A stretch of 64,000 bases of DNA from contig OZ218963.1 of assembly GCA_965112735.1 (NCBI GenBank), positions 2,046,001-2,110,000 of the forward strand, written 5' to 3'. The notes under the pieces are model-generated. The model made no database searches and was not told the DNA's origin. It saw only the letters and a list, made by a program, of their open reading frames with translations. Below are positions 9,798-22,869 of the stretch, piece by piece. Positions within the stretch are counted from its first letter, which is position 1; each line of letters begins with the position of its first letter. Position numbers and translations under genes: made by a program. This DNA comes from Phaeosaccion multiseriatum. Taxonomy: Eukaryota; Protista; Ochrophyta, other classes.

Positions 9798-12700
9798 ATG
9801 CCCAGGCGGCGCTGTGTGGTATCCTTGCAGCTCACGTTGGTCGTCGTCGCCTTGCTGTCGCCAGGAGTGAGGGTCCAAGGACGAAGGTTCTCAGCACCGC
9901 AGGCACAAAAAAACCTTGGCGGTAGCAGTAGGGGTGGAGAAGGGGGGGGGGAAGCAGCGGCAGAAGTAGCTGCAGCCGTAGAAGTAGGCAGCATTCCGAG
10001 CAAGGGCGTGTCTACATACCCTGTTGCGGAGCCGGATAGAGAAGAGGAAGAGGGGAAGGAAGGAGAAGCGCACGCCCAAGGAACCGCAACAGGAGGAGCC
10101 GAACAAGTTGAAGTGTCGGGCACGCCGGATCAGCAGGCAGAAGAAGAGGAATCACCTCTCTTGCCTCTGCTGGACCTGAGCTATTCCTTCCTCGGGCCAC
10201 GAGGGGCGAGAACAGTAACGCGGTGTTTGGAGGAGGGGAAGGGGGAAGAGAAGGTGGTGCTGACGGAATGTGGTTTGGGGGATGCTGGTGTCGTGGCACT
10301 CTGCCAGAGTCCGTACTTCCAGCAGGAGGAGAGCAGTAGCAGCACCGTTGGGGAGGAAAAGACGGGTGAAGCAGCGTCCGTGTCCGTGCCACAGGAGCTC
10401 TCCCTCAGACTGAACTGCATCACAGGCACTGGTGCTACTGCTCTCCTCCACGCTTTGCGAGACACTCGTTTGGCCGGAGTTGAGCGTTTGTGCCTCGACC
10501 TTAACCCTATAGGGGACGAACCCCTTCGTGTTCTCCCTTCTTTCCTCTCTCCACCATCGCAAGAGAAGCAGCAGAAGGGGAGAGAAGGTAGTGATGGTAG
10601 TGAGGAGGAGGGTGCCTCTTCCCCCTCCCGCTCATCTACGCCGTGTTTGCACAGCCTCGGTCTGCAGCACTGCGAGATAGGCGTAGCGGGATGTCGGGCC
10701 CTCTCTTCTGCACTCGTCAAAGAGGCAGCAGCCGCAAGAGCACGCGAAGCCACCGGTGTCTCGCCAAGGGGAGGTTGGACGGGCTTGCAGGAACTTAATC
10801 TGGCGGGAAACTCCGGCGTGGGAGACATGGGCGCGCGGGCGCTGGCCTCTGCGCTGAAGAAGGACTGCAGGCTGGAGAAAGTGGACCTCTCGCACTGCCA
10901 CATTGGGGACGAAGGTGCTCGCTTCCTTGCAGAGGCCATCGCAGGTGAGGGAAGAGCGAGCGAGGGAGGGAAGGTGTAGGGGGATGACCTTGCTTGTGCA
11001 TGGGCGATTTACAAAGTTCTCAATCCTATGTTGGCATTAGTCCACGGGGCCCGAGAGGCCGGGGAAGGAGCAGGTACTGATGGGCACAAGAGGTCGCTCG
11101 GCAACCTTCTGAACGATGTATTACCCCGATGCTACTCCCAATTGTTGTACAGGGAACACACACTTGAGGGAGCTGAGCCTGGCGCACAACAAGATCACCA
11201 ACAAAGGGGCGGCGGTGCTCTCGGAGCTCCTCTATGCCGACTCCAGCGCCCTCCAAAGTCTGGACCTCGGGAGCAACAAGGTAGATTTGCTGTGTGTGAC
11301 GGTGTTGCCGCACTCTCCCACAGTACAGAGCAGATGCGCCGCCTTCGTTGATAGTTTCTCTCATGTCATTCTGTTGCGACTTGCCATTTTCCCTTCGTTG
11401 CTCCTGCTCCTGCTCCTGCTCCTGCTGCTGCTGCTGCTGTTGCTCAGATTGGTGACGAAGGAGCTTGTGCCCTGGCGTTTGGCATTCGGGATCATCAAGA
11501 GAGAGGAGACGGTGAGGGAACGAACGGAGCAGTGCGAAGGAGGGGGACCACCACCACCACTAGCAGCAGCAGCAGCAGTAGGCTAAGGAGGCGGACGAGG
11601 GAGAAGAAGGAAGAGGAAGCCCTCGAATCAGACGGGGGAGCATGCGGCTCGGGCCCTGGACTGGTCCGGTTAAGCTTGGCACGGAATGGCGTATCCCCGG
11701 TTGGTGCTTGTGCTCTAGCCCGAGCCCTACGACGCAACACGAGGTTAGAGTCGCTGGACCTCAGCGGAAACCTCATCACTCTGGCTGGGGCAGCTAAGGA
11801 CGAGAGCATCACCTCAAAGGTGGCAGGAGACGCGCTGTCGGGGCTAGGTAAGCACTATCTACTGTGTGTGAGGGCGCCAACAGCTCGCAGGCTTTCTTGG
11901 TGCATTCTGGACTAGGAAGCGCGGCTCGTTGGTTGGCTGGTTGGTTGATGGATTGGTTCGTTGGCTGCAGATAGACAACTCCCCACACCCTTTTTGTTGG
12001 AGTGGGACTCTTTGATTTCCTCTTTTTGTTTGCCCCCCCCCCCCCCGACTGACACTCATGTCCACTCAACTCAAAACTCAACAGGCAAAGTGTACAATCG
12101 CTTGGTTTACGCCGACGCGCAAGTGGATACCAAGGAGCTCAAGGCGAAGGGCGTATCGTCCCTCTTCTCCTCCGGTAAGAAAGCAACACATACACACACG
12201 CACGCACACACACACATCCACACACACATACACACATATACACACACCACGTCGAGTCTTTGTTACTCCCTCGGCTTGTGTTGCACTCCTTTCTGCCGGT
12301 CTTGCCTGTCCGGAGATGAGTGCTGTGGGGCCTCCGAAGAAGACACTTGGGCGTGCGTGCTGAGCTCCCTGAATCATTCACCTCCTCCCGAACGGACATG
12401 CATGCACACAGGCAATGGCGCCGGGAGCGGAGGGAAAGGTGCCACTGAGTGCGGACTGGAGGCGCTGGGGAGGGCTCTCGCAAGCAACTCTTCATTGCGG
12501 ACACTGAAGCTGGCCAATATACACGTGGACGGGTCGGAGGTTTTGGCCCTCGCTAGAGTGCTGAGGAGGAATCGAGGGCTCACATGCGTGGATCTTAGGG
12601 GCAATGGACACCGCGTTACTGAGGAGCAGCGAATGGCGGTGCAGCGGGCAGTGGAGAGCAAAGGGAGAGCGGCACAAGAAGAAGGAGGAGGGGGGGTTCG

Positions 12701-13175
12701 AACACCGGCAAGTCGGGGTGGCGGAGGGAGGCGGGAAAGAAAGTATCGACCTCATCGAGATTTCAGCGACGCTGAAGACGAGGACACAGACGACGACGAA
12801 GAAGAAGAAGAAGAAGAAGAGGAGGAGGAGGAGGAGGAGGAGGAGGAGGAGGAGGAGGAGGAGGAGGAGGAGGAGGAGGAAGAGGGCTACGACGCTTACA
12901 TGTCTGGAGGGGAGAACTTGAAGAGGAGAAGACTGTCGTCTTCTGATGCGTTTTTTGGTGATTCAACTTTCGTGGAGAGCGAGTCAGAGTACGACGAGTC
13001 TGGAGAAGACAGTATCGAAGAAGCGGGAGGAGGCAGGGATGAGGATGACAGTAGCGAGGAAGGTTTTGCGTCGTACGATGCTGTCCACGGTGACGGAGAG
13101 CTTTCTGACCCTTTTACTGAGTCATATAGTGGGGACGAGGACGATAAGAGCGGTGAAGGAGATGACGACCTTTGA
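9798..13175 (+). CDS. Ribonuclease-inhibitor-type LRR protein (NLRC3/RanGAP-like repeats) with a hydrophobic N-terminal leader and a long acidic tail; ~5 exons
   Basis: Repeated LxxLxLxxNxIGDxGAxxLA units (e.g. LEKVDLSHCHIGDEGARFLAEAI, LRELSLAHNKITNKGAAVLSELL). Poly-Glu/Asp C-terminus. GT-AG junctions. Confidence 0.85.
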
Positions 13176-13255
13176 ACCACCGAGCCGTGGCCGTAACCGG
13201 AATAGACATCACATGGAAAGAAGCAGAGAATTACAACAATATAGTACGCTTAGGT

Positions 13256-15721
13256 TCAGTCGTTCGCGCTCAGCATTGGGACGGAGTCCACTGCTCGCCG
13301 GCACGCCGCTGCCACGCTAAAGGTGTACAGTTCGCTGCTACTGTCTTTACCCACTACCTCCTGTTGCTGCTGCTTGTCATCCACCCCCGCAACTCCCTCA
13401 TCACCACCATCATCATCGCGGATGCCTTTGTTCATCATCCAATGCTCAAAGGCGAACATCCACTCTTCCCTCAGTAAGCGCGAGCCGCAGTCGAAGGGCC
13501 AAAAGAGCCGTGGCGACGTTGGAGAAGGGAACAGCAGCAAGAGCGGGCACCTGTCGTTGGCGGGCACCACAGCTGTGTGGCACAAACTTAGATGCACGCT
13601 GGGGACTCCTGAGGTTGGTCTCTTGTAGAGTAGGACGTGGCCCTGTACCAAGACCATCCACCACGGCGTGCGTTTATCGAGCTCCTCCTGGTCCTTGAGT
13701 TGGAGCTCTGGCATCATCCTCATCCGACCCAGCGCTTATGTTGCGATAGTACGGTAGTGCGAGGGGGGAGGGGTGCGTGAGTGTGTGCGGTATGGTACGA
13801 GGGGGTGGGTGTGGTAGACTTTGATTTTGGGAGGGATTCGAACAGGAAGAGGGGAAAGATAGCACTCGACCCGGCTGGTTCTACTGGCTGTTCAAGACCT
13901 CCGCACGACGGCAGGAGACGCACATCCCCAAAGGAGACGGTCACCATACCTGGCCCGTTGACGAACCCGGCCTTATTGTATGCTATTGGCAGAGGCCGAA
14001 GGTCAATTCCGAGGTGCACCTGATTCTCCGGTGGCGCTTGCTTGTAATCGGAGAGCTCTCTCGCCACGATGGGGGGCATGGCCACTAGCCCTGGGGGAGG
14101 CTGCAGAGCGAGCGTGGTGCGGTAGCCCTTGTGTTCCCGATTGTTTAGCGTGTCAGGAATAGTGAAGCACCAAACGGGGGGGGGGGTGGAGAAGGTGGAG
14201 GAGTACTGGGGTTAGGACGAGGATGTGGATAGGAGGGAGTCAGGCGCTGTAGTGCGGTTGCCTTTCGGGCTATGAGAAGTCGCTTTTCTCCCCCACCCTC
14301 AAACGACCCCATTCTTCACCCATTTTACCTCCACAAACCGCTTGCCAGCGACGCCAATCTCCAGCGGCACGAGCGCAGTGCCCAGAAGACTCGGCCTACG
14401 CTTGAACGAGTTCAAAGCAACGTCAGTAACGGCAAAAAACAAGCAACTGTCCGCCGCCACTCCTGGAACAATCAGGGAACAGTCTTCCGCTCTGTTGATG
14501 TTGTAGGTGAAGCGGTGCTCCTGCCGACCAGAAGAGAACACCCACACGGTCACTTGGGCATGGGTCAAGGGCGTATGTCTGCCGTTGTAGTAGATAGTGG
14601 CCTTGCTGGTGAAGACTGGCGGTACGCCTGGAATCGGCTGCTTGGGCGGGTGGCTGGACGGAGCACTTTCATGCTGCGTATACGTCCTCGTCTCTTCCGG
14701 ATTGGCCGCGGCTGCAGATTCGCCCTCTTCTCCAGCTGCTTCTTCTGTCCTTTCGGCGACAGCAGCAGGAGACGCTCTTTCGCTTTTGTTCAAGCCCGGG
14801 ATGCCCCGCAATGAGGTAATCTTGAGAGTATAGATTCTGGGCCGCTCCCCTCTCAACAGCATGAATCGTCTCTGGGCAACGTTACGCATCAAATAGTTTT
14901 GAAGCCGGCGCAGCACCGCGACCTCCTTCCGTGCACGCATTTGTGTAAGCCGTGTTTGGAGCATGCGGCCAATCGTCATGGCTACGATACGAGCACAAAA
15001 GAGCGCCAGCAGATGATGGGGGGGGGAGGGGGCCAGTGGTAGGAACACAAGCAGCGCGTAAGGAAATCTTGCAAAATAGTGAGAACTAACTGTACCGGTG
15101 CCTGCCAAATAGCGTACCTGCCAAGTGCTCCGCGTACGAGTTCCAGTGGAGACTTTTCTGTTCCATGTAGAGCCTATAGTCCTCATCCTGGTTCTGCCGA
15201 CACGCGTCGCACACAAAGCCGCTCTCTTCAGCCAGAGCAAGCTCTGCTTCTGTCAGGCATTCTACGTGCACGACTAGATTGCAATGAGCGCAACCGAGCT
15301 CGCTGTCGTAGGCCGGGGCTTCACATCGGTCACAAATTTTGCTCCTCGGCCACACCTTCTTCCACTCTGCAAAGGGTTTGGGAGGCTTGCAGTTCTTCTG
15401 CCCGCCGCTTAGAGCGTGCACCATCTTGTCGATTATTCGTTTCCCAGAAATCTGAGTGATGATGGCGTTTCTGGAGTCAAGCTCTCTCTGGTCTTCTTCC
15501 CGCCTCTCTTCCTCCTGCTGCTTTGAAATTATCTCGGCTTCACATCCATACTTAGCCGACCATTTGCCCTGCTCCTTCAGCTTCGCCCGAAAGTTGTCGA
15601 AGCATGGCGGGGGAGAGGTTGAGGCTGCCAAGGCAGGCTTTGTACGGTGCTTCCGGTCAAAGAGTACGCTGTGTACAGTCTCATCCGCTAATGATAACGC
15701 CGCTCTCTTTCGTCCGGCCAT
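13256..15721 (-). CDS. Multidomain protein: PHD finger - IQ-like - C2-like - PH domain; ~4 exons
   Basis: C4HC3 pattern CDRC..CAHC..HVEC..CDAC. IQ-like LQTRLTQMRARK and LQNYLMRNVAQRRF. C2-like YTLKITSLRGIP...FFAVTD..LLGTALVPL. PH-like WWMVLVQGHVLLYK...REEWMFAF. Confidence 0.75.
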
Positions 15722-15998
15722 ATTTTCCCTCCTTCTCTTGGGCAAGGGGAAAAAAAAAAACTGTAGTTTGGCCTCCAGTTTAAGACGGCCTTCCATGTTC
15801 CAAGTGCGAGTGTTGGTGCTCCGCGAAGAATTTGGCCTCCAGCTTCCAGCTTCTAGCGCAGACAGGACGCTGCGTGGGACAGAGAGGAAAGAGATCATCG
15901 TTGGCCTTTAAAAGGCGGCTTCGAAATCTCTTGGTGAATTAGGTCCCTATCCATATCGACAGTTCTAGTCCGCAAAAAAAATAAGAAAAAAAAGTGGG

Positions 15999-18909
15999 AT
16001 GAGGTTTGTGGCGCTCTCGCTCGGTCTTGTCCTCGGCAGCCGCAGCCCCGCGCTAGTGCACGGTGGAGTCAGTGATACAGCTCTGTCGGTACGGGGAGTG
16101 GCGGCTGCTGCCTCGAGCTCAAGTCTGCCCTCTGCGCAGCCTTCAACAGCTGCTTTTGTCGTGAGAGGCGCCGCGTTCTTCTCGCGCGTGGGTGGTAAGA
16201 AGAGGCCGAGGTCCACAGCATCAGCGGCTGCTGCCCGATCATCGGCGTGTCCCTCTCTCATGATGGGTTTGGCCTTCAAGAAGCGAAAGCTCGGAAACGC
16301 GCCGGGCAATTTGTTTGTGGATCAGAGCTGCATTGACTGCGGTGCATGCCGGTGGATAGCACCTGAAACCTTTGAGAGAAAAGGTCTTGGTAGCGTCGTG
16401 CACATGCAGCCGGAAGACGAGGTGAGAGGGATTGACTGTGAGAAGTAACAACTCGCCAGCTCACCTTTTCTGTTGCTGCTGTGCTGGCGTTTCAAATCAT
16501 GTTTGGCGTTGCGGTGTTGGACGGACCCCGTCTACAACGGGAGTAGGAAGCTAAGCTACCAGCGTACCAGGCCATGCTTTCATGCCCTCAAGGAGCCATT
16601 CGTACCCTGCGAGGCGATCCATTTGTCAAGGTATGTCCATCACAGCCTGAGCCGGAAAGCAAAGGGCACATTCTCGCCCTTACGCTCAGCAAAAAGAGAC
16701 GGGAGGGAGTGCGACACCGCAATAGCTCTGCTTCTCTTCAGTCTCGCGTGTATCTCGTGCATTCTGCCTCTGCCCCTGCTGCTGCCGCCAACCCCCTTGA
16801 CCTCTACCATCCTCTCCACCCCACCCCCCCCTGTCTTGCGAGCAGGAAGCTCAAGCCAGCTTCCCACGGGTCCTGAATGCGTCGCTACCCAATTTGTACC
16901 ACCTTGGCTACCACACAAAGAACTCGGGCGGGGCTAATGCGTACCTCGTCGTTCGGCCAGGCAAGGTAAGCGGCGTCTCTTTCCTTTCCTCCCTCCCTTT
17001 TGAAAGCGCGAAGCAAGAAAGTCTGCCCCCATCTCTGTAAGGACTTTATTATCCTCCTTCCTGCGCTCATCTTGGAAGGCGAGCGCCACTCGAGGAGCGA
17101 GAGAAACGAGAAAAGTCGGACTGTTCGTGTCCTAATCTCTGCCGCTCTATCTTCCTATCTATCGTGCTCTTCCGCCGACTCACGCCCTACTGGTGGTTGA
17201 TAGGGAAACGTTATGATCGATACCCCTCGCTTCACCGAGGACCTAGCCAGGAGGGTGGAGGAGAAGGGGGGCCTTAAGTGGATCATCTTTACGCATGGGG
17301 ACAACACCCAAGGTGACGAGGGGGAAAGTGTGCAAGTCTGGTCGATAGCTGGGGTTCCTTCATTTCACCGCACGCACCAATGCCTTGTGAACTCGCGAAG
17401 CCGTTTTTGCGCCTGCGAACCTTCTCTCTTCACACGGACGCCCCTTGTTGTCATTGTACTTTGCCACGCATCCCATGCTCAGATAATGCCAAGTGGGTGA
17501 CCCGCTTCAAGGATGCGCAGCGTGTGATCATGTCAACAGATGTTCGCAGAGACACGCTCGATGCGGAGGTGCAGCTCCAAGAAACCGGTCCCTGGATACT
17601 CAAGGCCGAGTAAGTCCTGCTGCAATGGATTTCCCTGAAGCCTCGTGCTCACCCGCTTCCCCCCCATATGATCCTCTCTCCCTTCTCCCTTTCCCCTTCT
17701 CTCTCTCTCTCTCTCTCTCTCCCTGTCTCTGTTCTTTGGCAGTGGTCCCGTGGCCAACGCAGCGCTGGAGCGTAAAGAGCAGCTTTACAGCATGATGGCC
17801 AAGAGAAGCGAGGCGGACGCGAGGCGCATCAAAGAACTCAGAGCCCTGAAGCGTATCCAGGAAAAGTACGTACCAGCACGTAGTGGAAGAGGGTGTGCGT
17901 GGAGACAGGCGGCCTCTTTCAGCTCGCAAAACCAACTAAGCTTTATTACCTTCTTCCCCTCCAAAGTTTCCTCATATCGCCCCCCCCCCCCCCCAACACA
18001 CCATCAGGAAGGACGGCCCTGCTGACATGTTCATCATGGCGAGCCCGGGGCACACCCCAGGCTCACTCGTTGTCCTTTACTACCCGTCTGGCTCTGAAGT
18101 GAAGTACGTGATCGGAGAAGGAAAAGGATGGGACAGGTGCGAGATATCACGGCCAATGTGGGGACCAGTGTGGAGAGGTTTAGCAGCAATTTCACCCCTT
18201 TTATGATTCGCCGGCCTGGTCAGGGAGGGCTGAGTAGACTCCGCTCCCCCTTCCACCTGCTCCGGTGTGATGGGTTAGTTTTCTGACAATCTCTTGTGCC
18301 AATGTACCGTCGTTCTCGCGCCGTCCCCCCCCCCAACAGTCCCGCCCCCCCGGAGAATCGGGTAATGTTCTCTGGTGATACCATCGCGTGGTCGGACAAA
18401 CTGAACCTCCCCGATGCGCAGGGCTCCCAGAACACGGGCGGGAAGGAGAGGCAGGTGAGGGGAGGATGAGTGCGCTGGGGGGTATCAGCAAAGCTGAGCA
18501 AGGGACAGAAGAGTGCGTGGGTGTGGGTGTAACACCTGCTGCAGCTTGCTTCGGGTTCATGTTGTTCCCCCCGTGGCCTGTTTGATTTATGTGCTATGCG
18601 CATGCCAGTAAAGCTGGTGCATATACACCTAAGAGTACGCCTCCTGCCTCCCCTCCTCGCACCCCCACGCACACCAACAAGGCCAACTCTCTGAAGAAGC
18701 TTCGCCAGTGCAACGTGGGGTGGCTTATGCCTGGGAGCGGACAGCCTATCCAGTTTGCGAATGAGAAGGAGAGGGGAAAGTTCTTCGACATTGCAGCCAA
18801 GCTGCTGCTCAGCGACAGCAAGCCCAATCCGCCGCAACCGAAACCTCTAGAGAAGGGGAAGGAAGAAACGTCTCCGGGAGAGAGCCAGCAGGAAGCGGAG
18901 GTGCACTGA
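15999..18909 (+). CDS. Ferredoxin-metallo-beta-lactamase-fold fusion of cyanobacterial type, probably plastid-targeted; ~9 exons
   Basis: GNLFVDQSCIDCGACRWIAPETF plus SCPQGAI (Fe-S ligands). MBL motifs LYHLGYH, GNVMIDTPRF, FTHGD, SPGHTPGS, FSGD. Signal-peptide-like start followed by a Ser/Ala/Arg-rich transit-like segment (..TAAFVV..). Confidence 0.88.
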
Positions 18910-19198
18910 GGATGAGATCCCTTCACATATAAACGTATATGAGATTATTTCTGACTTGTCCTTTTGCTTCTACGATGTGCCACACAATCGTCTCCTTGTT
19001 TCGTCGTTGAGGATGCCCTTTCAACCGCTGCACTTCCCCACGCAACGACAAAGCCCTCCACACACAAGGAGCAACCCCCTTCCTACTTTAGTACCACCCC
19101 CCCCCCCCTTTTTTTGTTTCTTCTCCTCCCGTTCCTCCTGCTGAGGGCGCAGCCCGCATACTTTGATGGTTTTAGAGGCTTTTTTCTTTTCTTTTTTT

Positions 19199-19420
19199 AA
19201 ATCGCACAAATCGCCCTTTTCTTAGGGATCGGGCGGCAAGAGGGAGTGCTCCTGCGGAAATGCTGAAAACTAGGGAAGGAAGGAAGGGTTGAAAGAGAGA
19301 GAAAAGTAATCGGTGACCCCGAGCTACACGAAGAGCTATAGCGCTTCTCCCAGCGTCATTTTGCGGAGTTCGTCCAAAAAAGTTATCGGCGGCGATTTGG
19401 GCGATTCTTACGCAAATGGA
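19199..19420 (-). repeat. Dispersed AT-rich repeat, copy 2 (inverted relative to copy 1)
   Basis: GAGCTACACGAAGAGCTATAGCGCTTCTCCCAGCGTCATTTTGCGGAG at 19321, flanked by AATCGCACAAATCGCC and GGCGATTTGGGCGATTC. Confidence 0.8.
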
Positions 19421-19454
19421 GTGTTAAAAAAAAAAAAAGAGAGAGAAAGAGTCT

Positions 19455-21026
19455 CTAGCTCTTCCTTCGTGTCATGTGATCGTAGATGACCACTTGCAGG
19501 TACTCGGGGGTGCGAATCTCCGTTCGAGTGGTGTTGTCCCCGGGGGAAGCATCAGGGTCGACGTTTACCACCTGTTCACGGAAAAGTCCGGGACGATAAG
19601 CGAGCCGACAACAGCACATTGGGGCATGAGCAGAGAGGGGGGTCAGTAAGCTGGCCAAACCTTAACTCGCTAGGCTGACTTGTTGCACGGTCCAGTCTGG
19701 ATAGGGTCGACGAATGGAGAGAGGAAGCGGGCAAGGCCAGAGGGACTACTCGCAACGTTTCTCTCTGCCCATGATGCACAGTGTAACAGCAACGTCGACG
19801 AGAGCAAAGCGGCCATGAAGGGCTGTGTAACGGCCGGGTGAAAGACACCCACCTTTCTGTCTCTCTTGTTCTTGAAGAGCAAGCCTGCCTCGCTGTCGGC
19901 GATAACCTGGAAGTTGGGTGTGCTATTGGAAGTGGAAGTTTGCGTCTCCCAGTTGTAGTAGCTCAGATCCGTGGGCTTTGGCATGAGCTGAGCACAGAGG
20001 AGTAAAGGCAGAGCAGGGGGCGGCAGGGTACAGTACACCGGCGCAGTGAGTGAGCAAACATACACACATCTGCTACGCTTCGAGAGAATGGTTCACTCTC
20101 TTTGCATAAGTCTCCCTCAATGGAACAGAATCAAGTAAAGTTCGTCGCAAGGAGGAGGAAATGTGTGTGGAGAAGCATCTGCGAGACGTTCCACCAGAGT
20201 AGCCTAATCGCTCTCACACTCGCTCGAACTTGCCTTTTTCCTTCGCTCAAAGTACAGCTCGAAAGGCTCTGTGCGCAATCTGTGGGCAAAGTCAATGTAG
20301 CCCGACACCTGGAGAGAAACATGGTGCATTCGATTGGAGGAGGAGGGAGTAAGGGCCGGAAGGAGGACTCACTAACTGTGTCGTGAGAAGCGCGAGGGGC
20401 GTGAGATCAGGATGGCTTCAGTGAGCGAACAAACCAACTCAAGAGTGGAGTTATGATGCCGTCTTTTCAAAAGCAGTATGGTGATTGTGCAGGCAAGCTC
20501 TCACCTCCTGACCCTTTACGTTTTTGTCCCGAATGAAGATGATGCTGGTGAGCTTTCCGTTTCTGACCAGCTCCTCTCGATTGGCCAGAGAATTGAGAAA
20601 GGGACTTTGGCTGACATCCTTCCCTGCGCTACTCAGCTGCTGAGGGGCATTCGTCTTCTGCGCAGATCTGTCTCGCACAGCCTTCTTCCGGGCCTCGAAC
20701 TCTTCTCTTTGCAGTGTGTCTCCGCTGCCTCGGTACCCGAGCTCTACCAGCTGACGGGCCAAGTCCCCGTCTTCCAAAAAGTACATGTCCGTCTCTGTCA
20801 CCTTCAATGGTAAAGGCAGTGATGTGTTCCGTCCGCACAACGTAGGCAACGCAACAAAGCATGCAAGTCAGACTTCAGGGGGTGAAGAAGGAGACAAAAA
20901 AACAAAAAGAAAAACGTTTCGTACCTGCGAGTCAAGGTAGTCCTCGTAGGTCTCATACTGCTCGACCGTGTCCAGCACCTCGTGTAGCCCATCGTCTACT
21001 GCAGTGTTCTCTCCTCTATTGGCCAT
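19455..21026 (-). CDS. CFAP299: Cilia- and flagella-associated protein 299 (C4orf22 family); 5 exons
   Basis: YETYEDYLDSQ|VTETDMYFLEDGDLARQLVELGYRG...IIFIRDKN..GQE|VSGYIDFAHRL..|LMPKPTDLSYYNW..LLFKNKRDRK|VVNVDP..PGDNTTRT..YDHMTRRKS. Confidence 0.93.
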
Positions 21027-21216
21027 AGGCCCTCTCTTGCGGTCGTCCTCTTGGCAACGAAAACCTTTCTCATCCCTTCAGTTTCACCGCCATCGGACAA
21101 AAAAATGGACGGGGGAGAAAATTGATATCGAAAATTAAAGTCGTGTTTGCTTCTTTTTTTTTGCCCTTCCATCGGCTGGTATATATATTTGACACGCGTT
21201 GCTGTGCTGCAGAGCG

Positions 21217-22805
21217 ATGTTTAAAGGGATCTTTGGCGGGGGAGGGGAGGAGGATGGGCCTGGCACGGAGAAAGCATCAGATGCAGCGGCAGGTATGACT
21301 GAAAAAGCCTCCTCTCTCTCGATGCCTCCGCATCCCTAATTTCAGGGCTCACCCACTGTCTCTGCCCTCCTCCTCTTCCTCAACCCGTTCCCGTTACACC
21401 GATAGCATCTGGGCAACCGCAGTCGGACCCAGGTATCTTTCGGGGGGCGACTTTTGACCCCAGGGCTTTAGAGACAGCGGCGGAGCTACTGCGTGAAGTG
21501 CCTGGGCTCAATGGGCAAGCCTTTCTGTTGACGAAACAGCAAGCATTGGTCGAGGAGCGGAAGAAGCTTGAGGTTTGTGTGCTTGCTGTGTCGCTGTCTA
21601 GTTGTGTGAGATGATGCGTCTCCCTCAATGCTTATTTTCCTGCCCGTCCTCGTGTTTGACGTTGACGAAACCCGCTCTTCTCCTGTCCGCTCTTGGTCGT
21701 TTTGTTGTGGTGAAGGGGCGAAGTATGGAGCTGCATGGGTATGTTAGGCAGCTGGAGAATGCTATATACTCCAAGATGCGGGAAGAGTCCAACAAAACGA
21801 ACCAGATGCAGCATCAAGAGGTGAGCAGGGCGTCGAGGGATGGAGGAGCTCAGAGAAGAATGGATGGCGTTGCTATCTTTAGTGTTGACGTTGAGGATAT
21901 GGAATCCGCTCCATGTGTCACGCACTATAGGTGCGCCCTACTCCATCTGATAGGTAGATACCAACGCTGTTTATAGGTAGGTAGGTGTGTTTCTTACTGT
22001 CTCGACTGTGGGAATTCGCCCCCCCCCCCCCCTGTGATGTGGTCCAACAGAATGAGGCGCGGGAGCGGTACAAGGACAGTTTGGCTCGCAAGCGGGACGC
22101 GGATGTGATGGATGCACAGCGCGTCGAGCGAGAGAGAGAGATGAAGCTCAAGGAGGACATGGCCCAGAGAGAGGACGTAATTCGGAGAAAGACGCTGGAG
22201 TACGACGCTGACCTCCGGCAACAAACGGAGCTCAACACAGTCAAGGCCCAGACCGAGGGGCGCATCCAGGCAGAGCGGCAGAACCACGATATTCGCATGG
22301 AGGAGAGGAGGGCAGCGGCAAGGGAGACACGGCAGACGCTGCTGGAGAGCATCAAGCTGGTCGGCGACACAATGGGGAAGGGTGTCGGGGCCTTCCTGGG
22401 GGACCGAGATGAGATGGTGGCTGCTGTGGCTACTCTCTCGGCTGTCGCCGTCGGAGTGTACTCGGCCAAAACAGGGACGGGGGTGGCGGGGCGTTACATA
22501 TCTTCTCGCCTGGGGAAGCCCTCGCTTGTGCGTGAGACTTCCCGGCACACCCTGATGGACTTTCTCGGCGCCCCTGCCAAGGGGTTCATGAGGTGGGGCA
22601 CGGGATTCTTCAAGGGGGATAAGGCAGCCAAGGCTCTGGAGGGGGACGAGCATCGGCCGAGGGCGGTGTTCGAGCCCGTGCTCGCCAACCGCCTGATGAG
22701 GATTGCAGACAGCACGGCCAACACGAGAGCCAACCAGGCGCCATATAGACATCTGCTCTTGTATGGCCCACCAGGGACGGGCAAGGTGAGGAAGGGATCC
22801 TGCTA

Positions 22806-22869
<64 letters not shown>

